The notes under the pieces are model-generated. The model did no database searches. It was not told the origin of the DNA and was given only the letters and a program-made list of their open reading frames with translations. Positions 10,555 through 19,060 of a DNA stretch of 64,000 nucleotides are shown piece after piece. How positions within the stretch are numbered: the first letter of the stretch is position 1; each line of letters begins with the position of its first letter. The position numbers and the translations under genes were made by a program. This DNA is from Candidatus Binatia bacterium (GTDB lineage Bacteria; Desulfobacterota; Binatia; UBA9968). Where the stretch lies: positions 13,561 through 77,560 of the forward strand of contig DASXUF010000017.1 of NCBI GenBank assembly GCA_036504975.1, given 5' to 3'.

Positions 10555-11637
10555 TTAAAAGGATGCAAGTTCACCCTGTTGCGTTATCATCAACCCGATA
10601 TTTTCCATTGCGGGTCTACCCGTATGCACTAAAAATCTCGCCGGCTCTTTGCCGGTGTTGAAGTGTTGGTGCCAGGAAAACAGCGGGATCGCCAGGGTGT
10701 CGCCCTGTTTCCATTCGTAGCGTTTGTCCTCGATGATGCTGTAGCCTTCCCCGGCAAGCACGTGATTCACTTCTTCGTAGAGATGGCGATGAGCGCCGGA
10801 GCGTTCCCCCGGCTCGATCTCCGCCACCAAGGTCGACATGACCTTTACATAAAAGCCGAGCTTTGGGTCAACCACTGGCGCGACGCGGCCCATCGGAGTC
10901 TTCTCGAACTTGAGATCGCCGCCCTTCACGAGGACCCGGCTCTTTCTGCGCTCGCGCTCTTCGTTCTCGCCGAAGTTCAACTGATCGAAATAAAGTTTTG
11001 CCGCGGTCGAATTTTCGAACTGCGCCGGATCCAGTCCCTCGGGCGCCCCCCTCCGGGCTTCGGGAATATCCACCACGCCGGGAAGCAAGGTTTTCTCCGC
11101 GCCGTTTTCTTTCTGGGCGAAGATCCAGTATTCGGGATAGCGCTCGTCTTCGTAAATCGCGAGACCGATGCCCATCGACAGCGGCCCGGTCGTCGCCGCG
11201 ACGTAAACCATGTCTTCGTTCGAAAGATTCACGTGCCGGTGCCAGGCGAAGACGGGAACGCAAATAAAGTCGCCCGCCTCCCAGTCGTATTGGATGCCGT
11301 CGATGATGCTGTAGCCGTGGCCTTTGAGCACGTGGATCACCGCCTCGACCGTGTGACGGTGGCCCATGGTCTTCCATTGATTGTTTTCTTCGCCGGGCGG
11401 AAAGCCGTTGATCCAGAAGCGCAGGATGCGGGCGTTGAAGCCGAGCCGAGGATCAACCAGCACCACCCAGTTGTGGCCCATGAACTCGCGGTCGATTTTT
11501 TCTCTCGGGACGTAAACTGGCGACGTTTCCCGGCGCTTCAGCTCCTCCTTCGCGAACTTCACCATCTCCATGTACATGCGGAGATAGTCGTCGTAACCGG
11601 GCGGTTTTCCGGTAGATTTGTCCTTCTCTTCACTCAT
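10555..11637 (-). CDS. bicupin dioxygenase-like protein, copy 2
   Basis: 360 aa, paralog of 7458..8555 with the same two cupin cores (GHRHTVEAVIHVLKGHGYSIIDGI; SGAHRHLYEEVNHVLAGEGYSIIEDKRYEW). Confidence 0.6.
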   Translation of the reverse strand: MSEEKDKSTGKPPGYDDYLRMYMEMVKFAKEELKRRETSPVYVPREKIDREFMGHNWVVLVDPRLGFNARILRFWINGFPPGEENNQWKTMGHRHTVEAVIHVLKGHGYSIIDGIQYDWEAGDFICVPVFAWHRHVNLSNEDMVYVAATTGPLSMGIGLAIYEDERYPEYWIFAQKENGAEKTLLPGVVDIPEARRGAPEGLDPAQFENSTAAKLYFDQLNFGENEERERRKSRVLVKGGDLKFEKTPMGRVAPVVDPKLGFYVKVMSTLVAEIEPGERSGAHRHLYEEVNHVLAGEGYSIIEDKRYEWKQGDTLAIPLFSWHQHFNTGKEPARFLVHTGRPAMENIGLMITQQGELASF

Positions 11638-11646
11638 GACCGCAGC

Positions 11647-12426
11647 TCAAGCCCCTGGTTCAGCCGCCTCCAAGCCGGCGCGCAGCATCAGGCCATGTAG
11701 CTCCACCGACGTCATCGCGCAGTATTCGACGCCGTAAGTCGGCCGCTCGGACGCCATGCCCGATTCCAACAAACGCTGCAGCGCCAGGCGATTGAAGCTG
11801 CCGTGGCCCATAACGCCTTCCTCGTGCTCTTCGAGGTCGGCCTCGTAGTGCGTGGCGAAATAAATCGCCTGATCGCGCGTAAAACCGTAATGCTTAGTCA
11901 GCGCCTTGTAGCATTCGGCCGACCAGTGGCCGATCTGCTCTTCCGTAGTGATCGAGCCGTACCATTCGGCGGCGGTTCCCTCCGAGAGAACGCCGCGCAT
12001 GAAATCGATCTTGCCGCGAAACCCGGAGAGCAGCGGCTGAGAGAAGATCTCTTCCTCAGTGAGGCCGAAAGCCTTCGCCGTCTGTAACATGACAAGGAAA
12101 TGGCCGGGCGGCTTGGGATGAATGAACTCGTCGGCGATCTTCTCGCCGAGCGGCGCCATTAGCTCGCGATGCGTCTTAAAGAACGGCAGGTGGCGCTGAT
12201 AAGAACAGGCGGCGAGCGTGTTGATCTCGATCGTGTAAGCGCCCCAGTTGCGAAAGAAGCTCCGCCACGCTTCGAGCGGCAGTTTCCCTTCCTTGAGAAG
12301 CGTCATGAACGGCGTGCGGTTGACCCGTTCTTCCCACCGGTCGGCAACTTTGCGGTACAGCTCATCGACGACCGCCTTCGCCTTCTCGGATGAAAGTTTC
12401 TCGCCGGGTTGAATTCTCAGGCTCAC
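11647..12426 (-). CDS. TenA/PqqC-like heme-oxygenase-fold protein, copy 2
   Basis: 259 aa, about 65-70% identical to 2161..2946 by eye across the whole length (NWGAYTIEINTLAACSYQR, HYEADLEEHEEGVMGHG). Confidence 0.55.
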   Translation of the reverse strand: MSLRIQPGEKLSSEKAKAVVDELYRKVADRWEERVNRTPFMTLLKEGKLPLEAWRSFFRNWGAYTIEINTLAACSYQRHLPFFKTHRELMAPLGEKIADEFIHPKPPGHFLVMLQTAKAFGLTEEEIFSQPLLSGFRGKIDFMRGVLSEGTAAEWYGSITTEEQIGHWSAECYKALTKHYGFTRDQAIYFATHYEADLEEHEEGVMGHGSFNRLALQRLLESGMASERPTYGVEYCAMTSVELHGLMLRAGLEAAEPGA

Positions 12427-12435
12427 GGAAGTCTC

Positions 12436-13494
12436 CTATCGTTTCTTTTGCAAGATCTCGTCCCGCGCTTTCTGCGCGAACGACCAGTCGCGTAGCTGGC
12501 TCATGGGAACGTCGCGCTCGGTTAGTCCGGAAAACCTTGCCGCGTCGACGGCGCTTTCGAGCACGCCGTCCTCAGCGATGCCGTAGTCCGCCAGCGACTC
12601 GCTGACGATCGGATACACCGCGTCGGCCACGCTCCGGTCCAAGCTCAGCCAACTCATCATGAACTTCACCGTCTCTTCGCGCTCGCTTTTCACCCACTGG
12701 ATGCCGCGGGCGATCGCCTTCATGACGCGGACGACCTCCTGCGGATTTTCTTGCAGCCGCTTCTCGTGCGCGCCCAGGCCGCCTTGCGGCAGATCCATTA
12801 CTTTGCCGAGCCAGAGCAGGGACCGATAGCCCATTTTTTCCGCCTGGAGGTTGAACGGCGCCACGAGCACCGTGGCTTGTATCGTCCCGCCCTGCAGCGC
12901 CGCGAGCCTGCCGGCGCTGCCGCCGACCTGGATGATCGTCACGTCCTTCTTGGGATCGAGGCCGCCCTTCCGCAGCGCGATGCGGATCGCGTAGTCGCTC
13001 GCCGCGCCGAAAGAGCTGGTGCCGATGACCTTGCCCTTTAGATCCTGGATGGTGCGGACCGACGGATGCGACACCATCACGTAAGAAGTTTTTTTGATCA
13101 TCACGCCGACGACCTTGATCGGCAGTCCTCTAACCGCCGCCGTGACCAGAGACGGCAGCGCGGTGGAGTAGTCCAACTGCCCCGTCAGCAGTGCCTTGAT
13201 GATGATGTCGGCGCTCCGGATCGTGATCATCTCCGGGTCGAGCCCTTCGTCTTTGAAATATCCGCGCTTGGCCGCGATCTCACTGGGGAGCGTCGTGATG
13301 CTTGGCGTCGTCGAGCCGATGCGGATGCGTTTGAGCGACTGCGCGTGCAGCGGAGAAGCGACAAGAAGCGCGAGCGCGAGAATTATCGGCAGGACGAAAA
13401 CAGCCCCCTCACCTTTATCCTCTCCCCCGATGGGGGAGAGGAAGGAATAGGGGAAGTTGAGAAATCGCCGCTGCATGCGTCCCATCCTTATCAT
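12436..13494 (-). CDS. ABC-transporter substrate-binding protein, NMT1/THI5-like, copy 3
   Basis: 352 aa. Hydrophobic signal-like segment (VFVLPIILALALLVASPLHAQS) preceded by an N-extension that overlaps a REP-like palindrome, so the true start is uncertain. Contains LKGKVIGTS and ALQGGTIQATVL motifs. Confidence 0.5.
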   Translation of the reverse strand: MIRMGRMQRRFLNFPYSFLSPIGGEDKGEGAVFVLPIILALALLVASPLHAQSLKRIRIGSTTPSITTLPSEIAAKRGYFKDEGLDPEMITIRSADIIIKALLTGQLDYSTALPSLVTAAVRGLPIKVVGVMIKKTSYVMVSHPSVRTIQDLKGKVIGTSSFGAASDYAIRIALRKGGLDPKKDVTIIQVGGSAGRLAALQGGTIQATVLVAPFNLQAEKMGYRSLLWLGKVMDLPQGGLGAHEKRLQENPQEVVRVMKAIARGIQWVKSEREETVKFMMSWLSLDRSVADAVYPIVSESLADYGIAEDGVLESAVDAARFSGLTERDVPMSQLRDWSFAQKARDEILQKKR

Positions 13495-13498
13495 ACTC

Positions 13499-13993
13499 TT
13501 AACCCTCTCCCTTCGAGGGAGAGGGAATGGGTGAGGGTTCCGCCGACTCGCCCTGCTGCGTCACCGCGTAGCCGAGGTTTTCCATGGCGATGCGATTGGT
13601 ATGGACGAGGAACCGCGCCGGCTCGTTCCCGGTATTAAAGTGCTGGTACCAGGCGAAGATCGGTATCGACAGCGCGTCGCCCGCCTTCCAATCGTAGCGC
13701 CGGTCTTCGATGATCGAGGTGCCGCGGCCCGCGACCACATAATTGATCTCTTCGTAAACGTGCCGGTGCGCGCCGGATTTTTCGCCGGGCAAAATCTCGG
13801 CGATCAAGCTGGAAACCGTCTTGACGTAACAGCCGCGCTTGGGCTCGACCGCCAGCGCCACTCTCCCCATCGGCGTTTTCTCGAAAACCAAATCTTTTCC
13901 TCGGTGTGATCGTCTCGGGTGATGTTCACCACGAGTATTTTCCGATCCTTTCGGGTTCAAGCAGTTTGTACCCTGGAAGTGGAAACGGGGCAA
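13499..13993 (-). pseudogene. truncated bicupin paralog retaining only the C-terminal cupin barrel (copy 3 remnant)
   Basis: Aligns with the C-terminal halves of both bicupins (FEKTPMGRVA, SGAHRHVYEE, ARFLVHT). No N-terminal barrel is present. Only about 60 nt separate it from the divergent coxM-like gene, so the 5' half appears to have been deleted. Confidence 0.4.
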
Positions 13994-14056
13994 GGCCTGT
14001 GTTATAGAAAATCAGAACTCCATTGATTCTTCCCAACACGAAATTTTTGCCGACAC

Positions 14057-14968
14057 ATGAGACGACCTGAACCGTTCGAGATCTTCCAGCCCGCTTCGCT
14101 TCGAGAAGCCAGCGCGCTCGTCAAAGACAAAGGCCAGGGCGGGCGTTTTCTCGCCGGCGGCACCGACCTCGTCATCGCCGTCAAAGAAAAAAGCTTCTCG
14201 CCGAATTACGTCGTGGATCTCAAGCGCATCCCCGGCCTTTCCGGCATCCGCGAAGAGAGCGACGGAAGCGTGGCGATCGGCGCGCTGACGACGATGCGCG
14301 AGGTCGAAACCTCGCCGGTGGTTCTCAAAAAATATCCTTTTCTCGCGCAGAGCGCGGCAGAAGTGGGCTCAATCCAAATTCGCAATCGCGCCACCATCGG
14401 CGGCAACATGGCGAACGCGACGCCGTCGGCCGACGTCGCTCCCGCCCTTCTTGTCCTCGACGCCACGGCAAAGATCGCCGGCCTGAACGGCGAGCGGACG
14501 ATCGAGCTGGAACAATTTTTCCGCGGCCCAGGCCAGACCGTAATGGCTGCCGAAGAAATTCTTACTTCCATAATCATTCCTCCGGTGAGCCCCTCGTTGG
14601 TCGGTGAGTACATCAAGTTCTCGCCGCGCGAAATGATGGACCTCGCCTACGTCGGTGTCGCGGTCGCGCTGGTCCTGAACGGCGGCCAAAAACGCTGCGC
14701 GAAAGCCCGCATCTCTCTCTGCGCGGTCTCGCCCACGCCGATGCGGGCGCGTCGCGCGGAGGCGCTGCTGGAAAATCAAATCATGACGGAAGAGCTGGCG
14801 GAGCGAGCGGGCGCGGAGGCGGCCGCGGAATCGAAACCGATCAGCGACGTGCGCTCGTCGGCCGACTACCGCAGAGAAATGGTCCGCGTGAACACCAAGC
14901 GCGCGCTGCTCAACGCCGTCGCCGGCAGAGCCGAGTCGTGGATGGGGCGAAGGGATAGAAGGTACTAA
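14057..14968 (+). CDS. xanthine-dehydrogenase-family Mo-hydroxylase, FAD-binding medium subunit (CoxM-like)
   Basis: 303 aa with the FAD-binding molybdopterin-dehydrogenase motif (FLAGGTDLVIAVKE...ATIGGNMANATPSAD). Confidence 0.8.
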   Translation: MRRPEPFEIFQPASLREASALVKDKGQGGRFLAGGTDLVIAVKEKSFSPNYVVDLKRIPGLSGIREESDGSVAIGALTTMREVETSPVVLKKYPFLAQSAAEVGSIQIRNRATIGGNMANATPSADVAPALLVLDATAKIAGLNGERTIELEQFFRGPGQTVMAAEEILTSIIIPPVSPSLVGEYIKFSPREMMDLAYVGVAVALVLNGGQKRCAKARISLCAVSPTPMRARRAEALLENQIMTEELAERAGAEAAAESKPISDVRSSADYRREMVRVNTKRALLNAVAGRAESWMGRRDRRY

Positions 14969-14973
14969 GGCGT

Positions 14974-15459
14974 ATGAAAAAAAAGATTCGGATCACGTTG
15001 AACGGCAGGAAAACCGACCTTGAAGTCCCGACGCACCGTCTTCTGCTTGATTTGCTCCGCGACGAGATCGGCCTCACGGGAACCAAAGAAGGCTGCGGCA
15101 CCGGCGACTGCGGCGCTTGCACGGTCTTGCTGAACGGGAAGCCGGTGAACTCCTGCCTCATCTTCTCAGGCGAGCTCGACGGCGAAGACATCGTCACGAT
15201 CGAGGGCTTGAAGATCGGCCCGGAGTTGCATCCGGTCCAGCAGGCGTTCATCCAGGACGGCGGCGTTCAGTGCGGCTACTGCACCTCGGGCATGCTCATG
15301 ATGTCCAAGGCGCTGCTCGACGAGAATCCCGATCCCAGCGAGGAAGACATCCGCTTCGCGATCTCCGGCAATCTCTGCCGCTGCACCGGCTACGCGAAGA
15401 TCGTCAAAGCGGTCCAGGATGCGGGACGGGAATTGCGCGCGAAGCGCGGGGGTGCGTAG
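14974..15459 (+). CDS. (2Fe-2S)-binding small subunit of Mo-hydroxylase (CoxS-like)
   Basis: 161 aa. Plant-type ferredoxin cluster (CGTGDCGACTV) plus second cluster (QCGYCTSGM, LCRCTGY). Starts 5 nt after the medium-subunit stop. Confidence 0.85.
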   Translation: MKKKIRITLNGRKTDLEVPTHRLLLDLLRDEIGLTGTKEGCGTGDCGACTVLLNGKPVNSCLIFSGELDGEDIVTIEGLKIGPELHPVQQAFIQDGGVQCGYCTSGMLMMSKALLDENPDPSEEDIRFAISGNLCRCTGYAKIVKAVQDAGRELRAKRGGA

Positions 15460-15477
15460 TCGAGTCGATATACTTTT

Positions 15478-15592
15478 TTACTTTGCGACCTTGGCGTCTT
15501 GGCGCGACCCTCACCCCTTCCCTCTCCCTCAGGGAGAGGGTTGGGTGAGGGAATCTCGCGCAAAGCCGCGAAGGGCGCCAACAAGAAGGATG
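15478..15592. repeat. composite REP-like element: outer inverted arms (ctttgcgaccttggcgtcttggcgcga / tcgcgcaaagccgcgaagggcgccaa) enclosing a nested GC hairpin (ccctcacccc-ttc-cctctccc-tca-gggagaggg-ttg-ggtgaggg)
   Basis: Perfect nested palindromes read directly from the sequence. The same outer-arm family occurs at 1..75 and 50578..50680. The inner CCCTCTCCC/GGGAGAGGG hairpin family also occurs at 13430..13460, 13500..13545 and 31430..31465. Confidence 0.6.
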
Positions 15593-15614
15593 ACTAATTA
15601 CGGAGTCGATTGAT

Positions 15615-17936
15615 ATGGAAGAGCTTACCGTCGTCGGAAAACCGGTCACGCGCGTGGACGCCGATGAAAAAGTCACCGGCGAAGCAGTCTACGGCTACGA
15701 TCTCGTTTTGCCGAACATGCTTTACGGCAAAGTACTTTTCAGCCCCAAGGCGCACGCCAGAATCAAGCGCATCGATACGGAGAAGGCAAAAAAATATCCC
15801 GGCGTCGTCGCCGTGATCACCGGAAAAGACGCGCCGTGGATTCACGGCGAATCGATCCGCGACAAACCGTTCCTCGCGCAGGACAAAGTCCGCTACATCG
15901 GCGAGCCGGTCGCAGCGGTCGCCGCCGTCGATGAAGACACGGCGCAAGCCGCCGCGCGGCTCATTGAAGTCGAGTACGAGGATCTCCCCGTCTACGTAAA
16001 TCCCGAAGACGCTTGTAAGGCCGGCGCCGTCGCGATTCACGAAAACTTCGCGAGCTATCGCAAGATGGAATCCATCACGCCCGGGACTCAGCCGAACGTC
16101 TGCGAGCACTTCAAGCTCAGGACCGGCGACGTCGAGAAAGGATTCCGCGAATCCGATCTCGTCCTCGAAGAGCGCTACACCGTGCCGATCATCCAGCACG
16201 CGGCGATGGAGCCGCACTCCGCTCACGCTGAGGTCGATCCCGCGAGCGGCCGAGTCACGATCTGGGTCGCCAACGACGCGCCGTTCCGTGCGCTGCACGA
16301 GATTTCCGAGGCGCTCGATCTTCCGAAAGAGAAAATTCGCTTCATCAATCCACTGCAGGGCGGCGGCTTCGGCTCCAAGGGCGGGCTCAAGGTCGAGCCG
16401 ATCGCCGTGGCGCTCGCCTTTCATACGAATGGCCGGCCGGTGCGCGTAAAGTTCAACCGCGAGGAAACTTTCATCTCCACGCTCACGCGCCACGGCGCGA
16501 TTGTCCGGGTGAAAAGCGGCGTAAAGAAAGACGGCTCGCTCCGCGCCCGCGAGATGACCCTCTACTGGGGCGGCGGCGCGTACGCCGAGAAGAGCCCGAC
16601 GGTCTGCATCCGCGGGAGCCTCCCCGCGCCGGGGCCTTATCGCATCCCGCACGTGAAGGTGGACGGCTACGCTGTCTATACCAACGCGCCGGTCGCCGGC
16701 TCGTACCGCGGCTACGGCATCCCGCAGGGAGCATGGGCGGTCGAGCAGCACACCGACGAGCTGGCGAAGCGATTGGGAATCGACCCGCTCGCGTTCCGCA
16801 TGAAAAATGTTTTCGTGGACGGCGACCTCTCGTATTGGGGAGAGCAACTCCACAGCGTCGGCCTCAAAGAGACTTTGACCAAAGCCGCCGAAGCGATCGA
16901 GTGGGGACAAAAGGGTTCAAGGGTTGAAGGATCGAAGGGTTTAAGGGTTGGGAAGGGAATCGCCTGCATCTCCAAGCCCACGCGCACGCCGACGACTTCC
17001 AGCGCCGGCGTGATCGTCAACGCCAGAGGCGAAGCGACCGTCCTCGCCGGAACGGTCGAGATCGGCCAGGGCTGCAATACGATCCTCTCTCAAGTCGCAG
17101 CGGAGGAGCTCAAGTTGCCGATCGAGAAAGTCCGCATGGCGCCGCTCGACACCGACGCGATCCCGTTCGATGCCTCGACGACTTCGAGCCGAAGCACGTA
17201 CCACATGGGCAACGCGGTGCGCGGCGCGGCGATCGACGCGCGCGACAAGCTGGCCGAGATGGCCGCGCCGATGCTTGAAGCGAAGAAGGAAGAAATCGCC
17301 TTCGCCGACGGCAAGGTCTTTTTAAAGAACCATCCTGAGATGGCGCTCACGGTCGGCGAAGTCGTGCGCAGAAAACTCGGCGCGGAGGGAACCGTTCGCG
17401 GCGACGCCTCGTACACGTATCAGATCGCGAAGGACCTCGATCTCGAGACCGGCCACAGCGATCACGCGTCGGCATTTTATATGTACGCGACGCAGGCAGC
17501 GGAAGTCGCCGTGGACGAGGAGACCGGGCGCGCGCGCCTCCTGCGCATGTCGGCTGCGCACGACGTCGGCAAGGCGATCAACCCGCTCAACTGCGTGGCG
17601 CAGATCGAAGGCGGCCTCGCGATGGGCATCGGCTCGGCATTGCATGAGCACCTGGTCGTCGATGAGAACGGAAAAGTGCGCAACCCTTCGTTCCTCGACT
17701 ACCATCTCGTCACCTCGCTCGATCTGCCGGAAATGATTTCGATCATCGTCGAATGCGCCGAGCCCGAAGGGCCTTACGGCGCGAAGGGCCTGGGCGAGCC
17801 GGGACTGGCACCGACGCCCGCGGCCATCGGCAACGCGGTCGCCGATGCGATCGACGTCCGAGTCTACGACCTGCCGCTGAGCCCGGAGCGGATTTACTGG
17901 GCGATGCAGCAGAAGAAGAAAAAAACAGCGGCGTGA
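15615..17936 (+). CDS. Mo-hydroxylase molybdopterin-binding large subunit (CoxL/XdhA family)
   Basis: 773 aa. Aldehyde-oxidase/xanthine-dehydrogenase hammerhead and MoCo-binding blocks (GGGFGSKG, AGSYRGYG, GLGEPG). Confidence 0.85.
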   Translation: MEELTVVGKPVTRVDADEKVTGEAVYGYDLVLPNMLYGKVLFSPKAHARIKRIDTEKAKKYPGVVAVITGKDAPWIHGESIRDKPFLAQDKVRYIGEPVAAVAAVDEDTAQAAARLIEVEYEDLPVYVNPEDACKAGAVAIHENFASYRKMESITPGTQPNVCEHFKLRTGDVEKGFRESDLVLEERYTVPIIQHAAMEPHSAHAEVDPASGRVTIWVANDAPFRALHEISEALDLPKEKIRFINPLQGGGFGSKGGLKVEPIAVALAFHTNGRPVRVKFNREETFISTLTRHGAIVRVKSGVKKDGSLRAREMTLYWGGGAYAEKSPTVCIRGSLPAPGPYRIPHVKVDGYAVYTNAPVAGSYRGYGIPQGAWAVEQHTDELAKRLGIDPLAFRMKNVFVDGDLSYWGEQLHSVGLKETLTKAAEAIEWGQKGSRVEGSKGLRVGKGIACISKPTRTPTTSSAGVIVNARGEATVLAGTVEIGQGCNTILSQVAAEELKLPIEKVRMAPLDTDAIPFDASTTSSRSTYHMGNAVRGAAIDARDKLAEMAAPMLEAKKEEIAFADGKVFLKNHPEMALTVGEVVRRKLGAEGTVRGDASYTYQIAKDLDLETGHSDHASAFYMYATQAAEVAVDEETGRARLLRMSAAHDVGKAINPLNCVAQIEGGLAMGIGSALHEHLVVDENGKVRNPSFLDYHLVTSLDLPEMISIIVECAEPEGPYGAKGLGEPGLAPTPAAIGNAVADAIDVRVYDLPLSPERIYWAMQQKKKKTAA

Positions 17937-17963
17937 AGGTCATTCCGCTCGGCGCGGCGGATG

Positions 17964-18286
17964 CTACGATTTCAAATACTTGTTGAAGTGGTCGATGGTG
18001 CGCTGCCAGGCGAGTTTGGCGGCGGCCTCGTCATAGCGGGGCGTCGTGTCATTGTGGAAGCCGTGATTCGTTTTGGGATACACATACGCCTCGTACTTGA
18101 CGCCGTTTGCTGCGCCAGCGCATAATTGGGGCGAAGCATGTCCCACAACGCGGTTGCCGTCAGGCCGCCGACGGCGAATTTGGCCGCCCCGTCCAAAAAC
18201 TCGCGGCGGCTGATGCCCTCATGCACATATCTGTGAAAAAGACTGAGCAGTTGCGGGTCGAAATCGCTCGCTTTTTTTCTCTCCAT
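17964..18286 (-). pseudogene. dienelactone-hydrolase-family remnant (Tat signal at N-terminus plus frameshifted C-terminus)
   Basis: ORF 17972..18286 begins with a twin-arginine signal ([22 protein letters not shown]). ORF 17964..18146 in another frame ends with a DLH-like C-terminus ([13 protein letters not shown]). The total span (~107 codons) is far too short for a roughly 290-aa DLH. Confidence 0.35.
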
Positions 18287-18438
18287 ACGATCGACTCCTC
18301 GACGTGAAGTGCGATGCGGCGAGGCTATCGCACCGGTCGTTTCAAATCAATTCTTGGCGGAAAAAAAACGCGCGAGAAAGGGTTAGGCGGTGTAACGCTC
18401 CTGTGGGTCAGACGTTGACACGTACACGCCGGTAACGG

Positions 18439-19059
18439 TCAGCAGATTCGCTCGATGTCTTCTCCTATACGACGCACCGCTGCGACCAGCGCGTCGTTCA
18501 AGAGGTTCGCGACTTCGACGTTTCCATTGACCCAGTTTTGCCGTATGGCGCTGGCTCGATAATCGCGCTCCGTGGTCGGGTCCTGGCGGCCGGAAAACTT
18601 CACTTTCAGTGCAACGACCCCTTCGAACTGAGTCAAGAAGGTCCGGGCGTAAACGCGCCGGATGCTGACTTCGGTTATCAGGTCGCTGCCCGAGGGAACG
18701 TCCTCTTGACCCGAGCTACGAATCGGGTAGCCGGCTTTGCCGAGTTCGCGGAAGCCGCGCGCAACCCACTCGACGACGCTATGGCCGATGATGGGTTGGC
18801 CGGAGGCGACTCCCAAAGTCTCGCGATTCGTACGGTCGTCGGTTACGGACACAATCACAATGCGGCATGACTGCTTGTTTGCATGCTCATCGGCCGAGCC
18901 GGACGCGGAAGGGTCGCGTATCAAATTGACAAAGATCGGCTCGGTGTTAGCGCAGGCGGAGAATAGCGCGAGGGATGCCGCAAAAATCCCGATCCGTGCG
19001 ACATTACCCAGGCGCTGAAGTGGGTACGGGCAGCGCTCCTGCTTGTGCACTGAAACCAT
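18439..19059 (-). CDS. hypothetical lipoprotein
   Basis: Lipobox LALFSAC precedes a predicted mature domain with no recognisable catalytic motifs. Start chosen at the internal Met (MVSVHK); the start is uncertain. Confidence 0.3.
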   Translation of the reverse strand: MVSVHKQERCPYPLQRLGNVARIGIFAASLALFSACANTEPIFVNLIRDPSASGSADEHANKQSCRIVIVSVTDDRTNRETLGVASGQPIIGHSVVEWVARGFRELGKAGYPIRSSGQEDVPSGSDLITEVSIRRVYARTFLTQFEGVVALKVKFSGRQDPTTERDYRASAIRQNWVNGNVEVANLLNDALVAAVRRIGEDIERIC

Positions 19060-19060
19060 C

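Noticed and set aside
9519-10574. N-terminal extensions of SBP ORFs (MNLHPFKERFFASLRMTFRSILRHPERSEGSE... at 9519..10574, and similarly at 12436..13494).
   Set aside because: These residues are the translation of REP-like palindromes (gtcattctgagcgaagcgaagaatc; cctctcccccgatgggggagagg). Downstream Mets give proper signal peptides.
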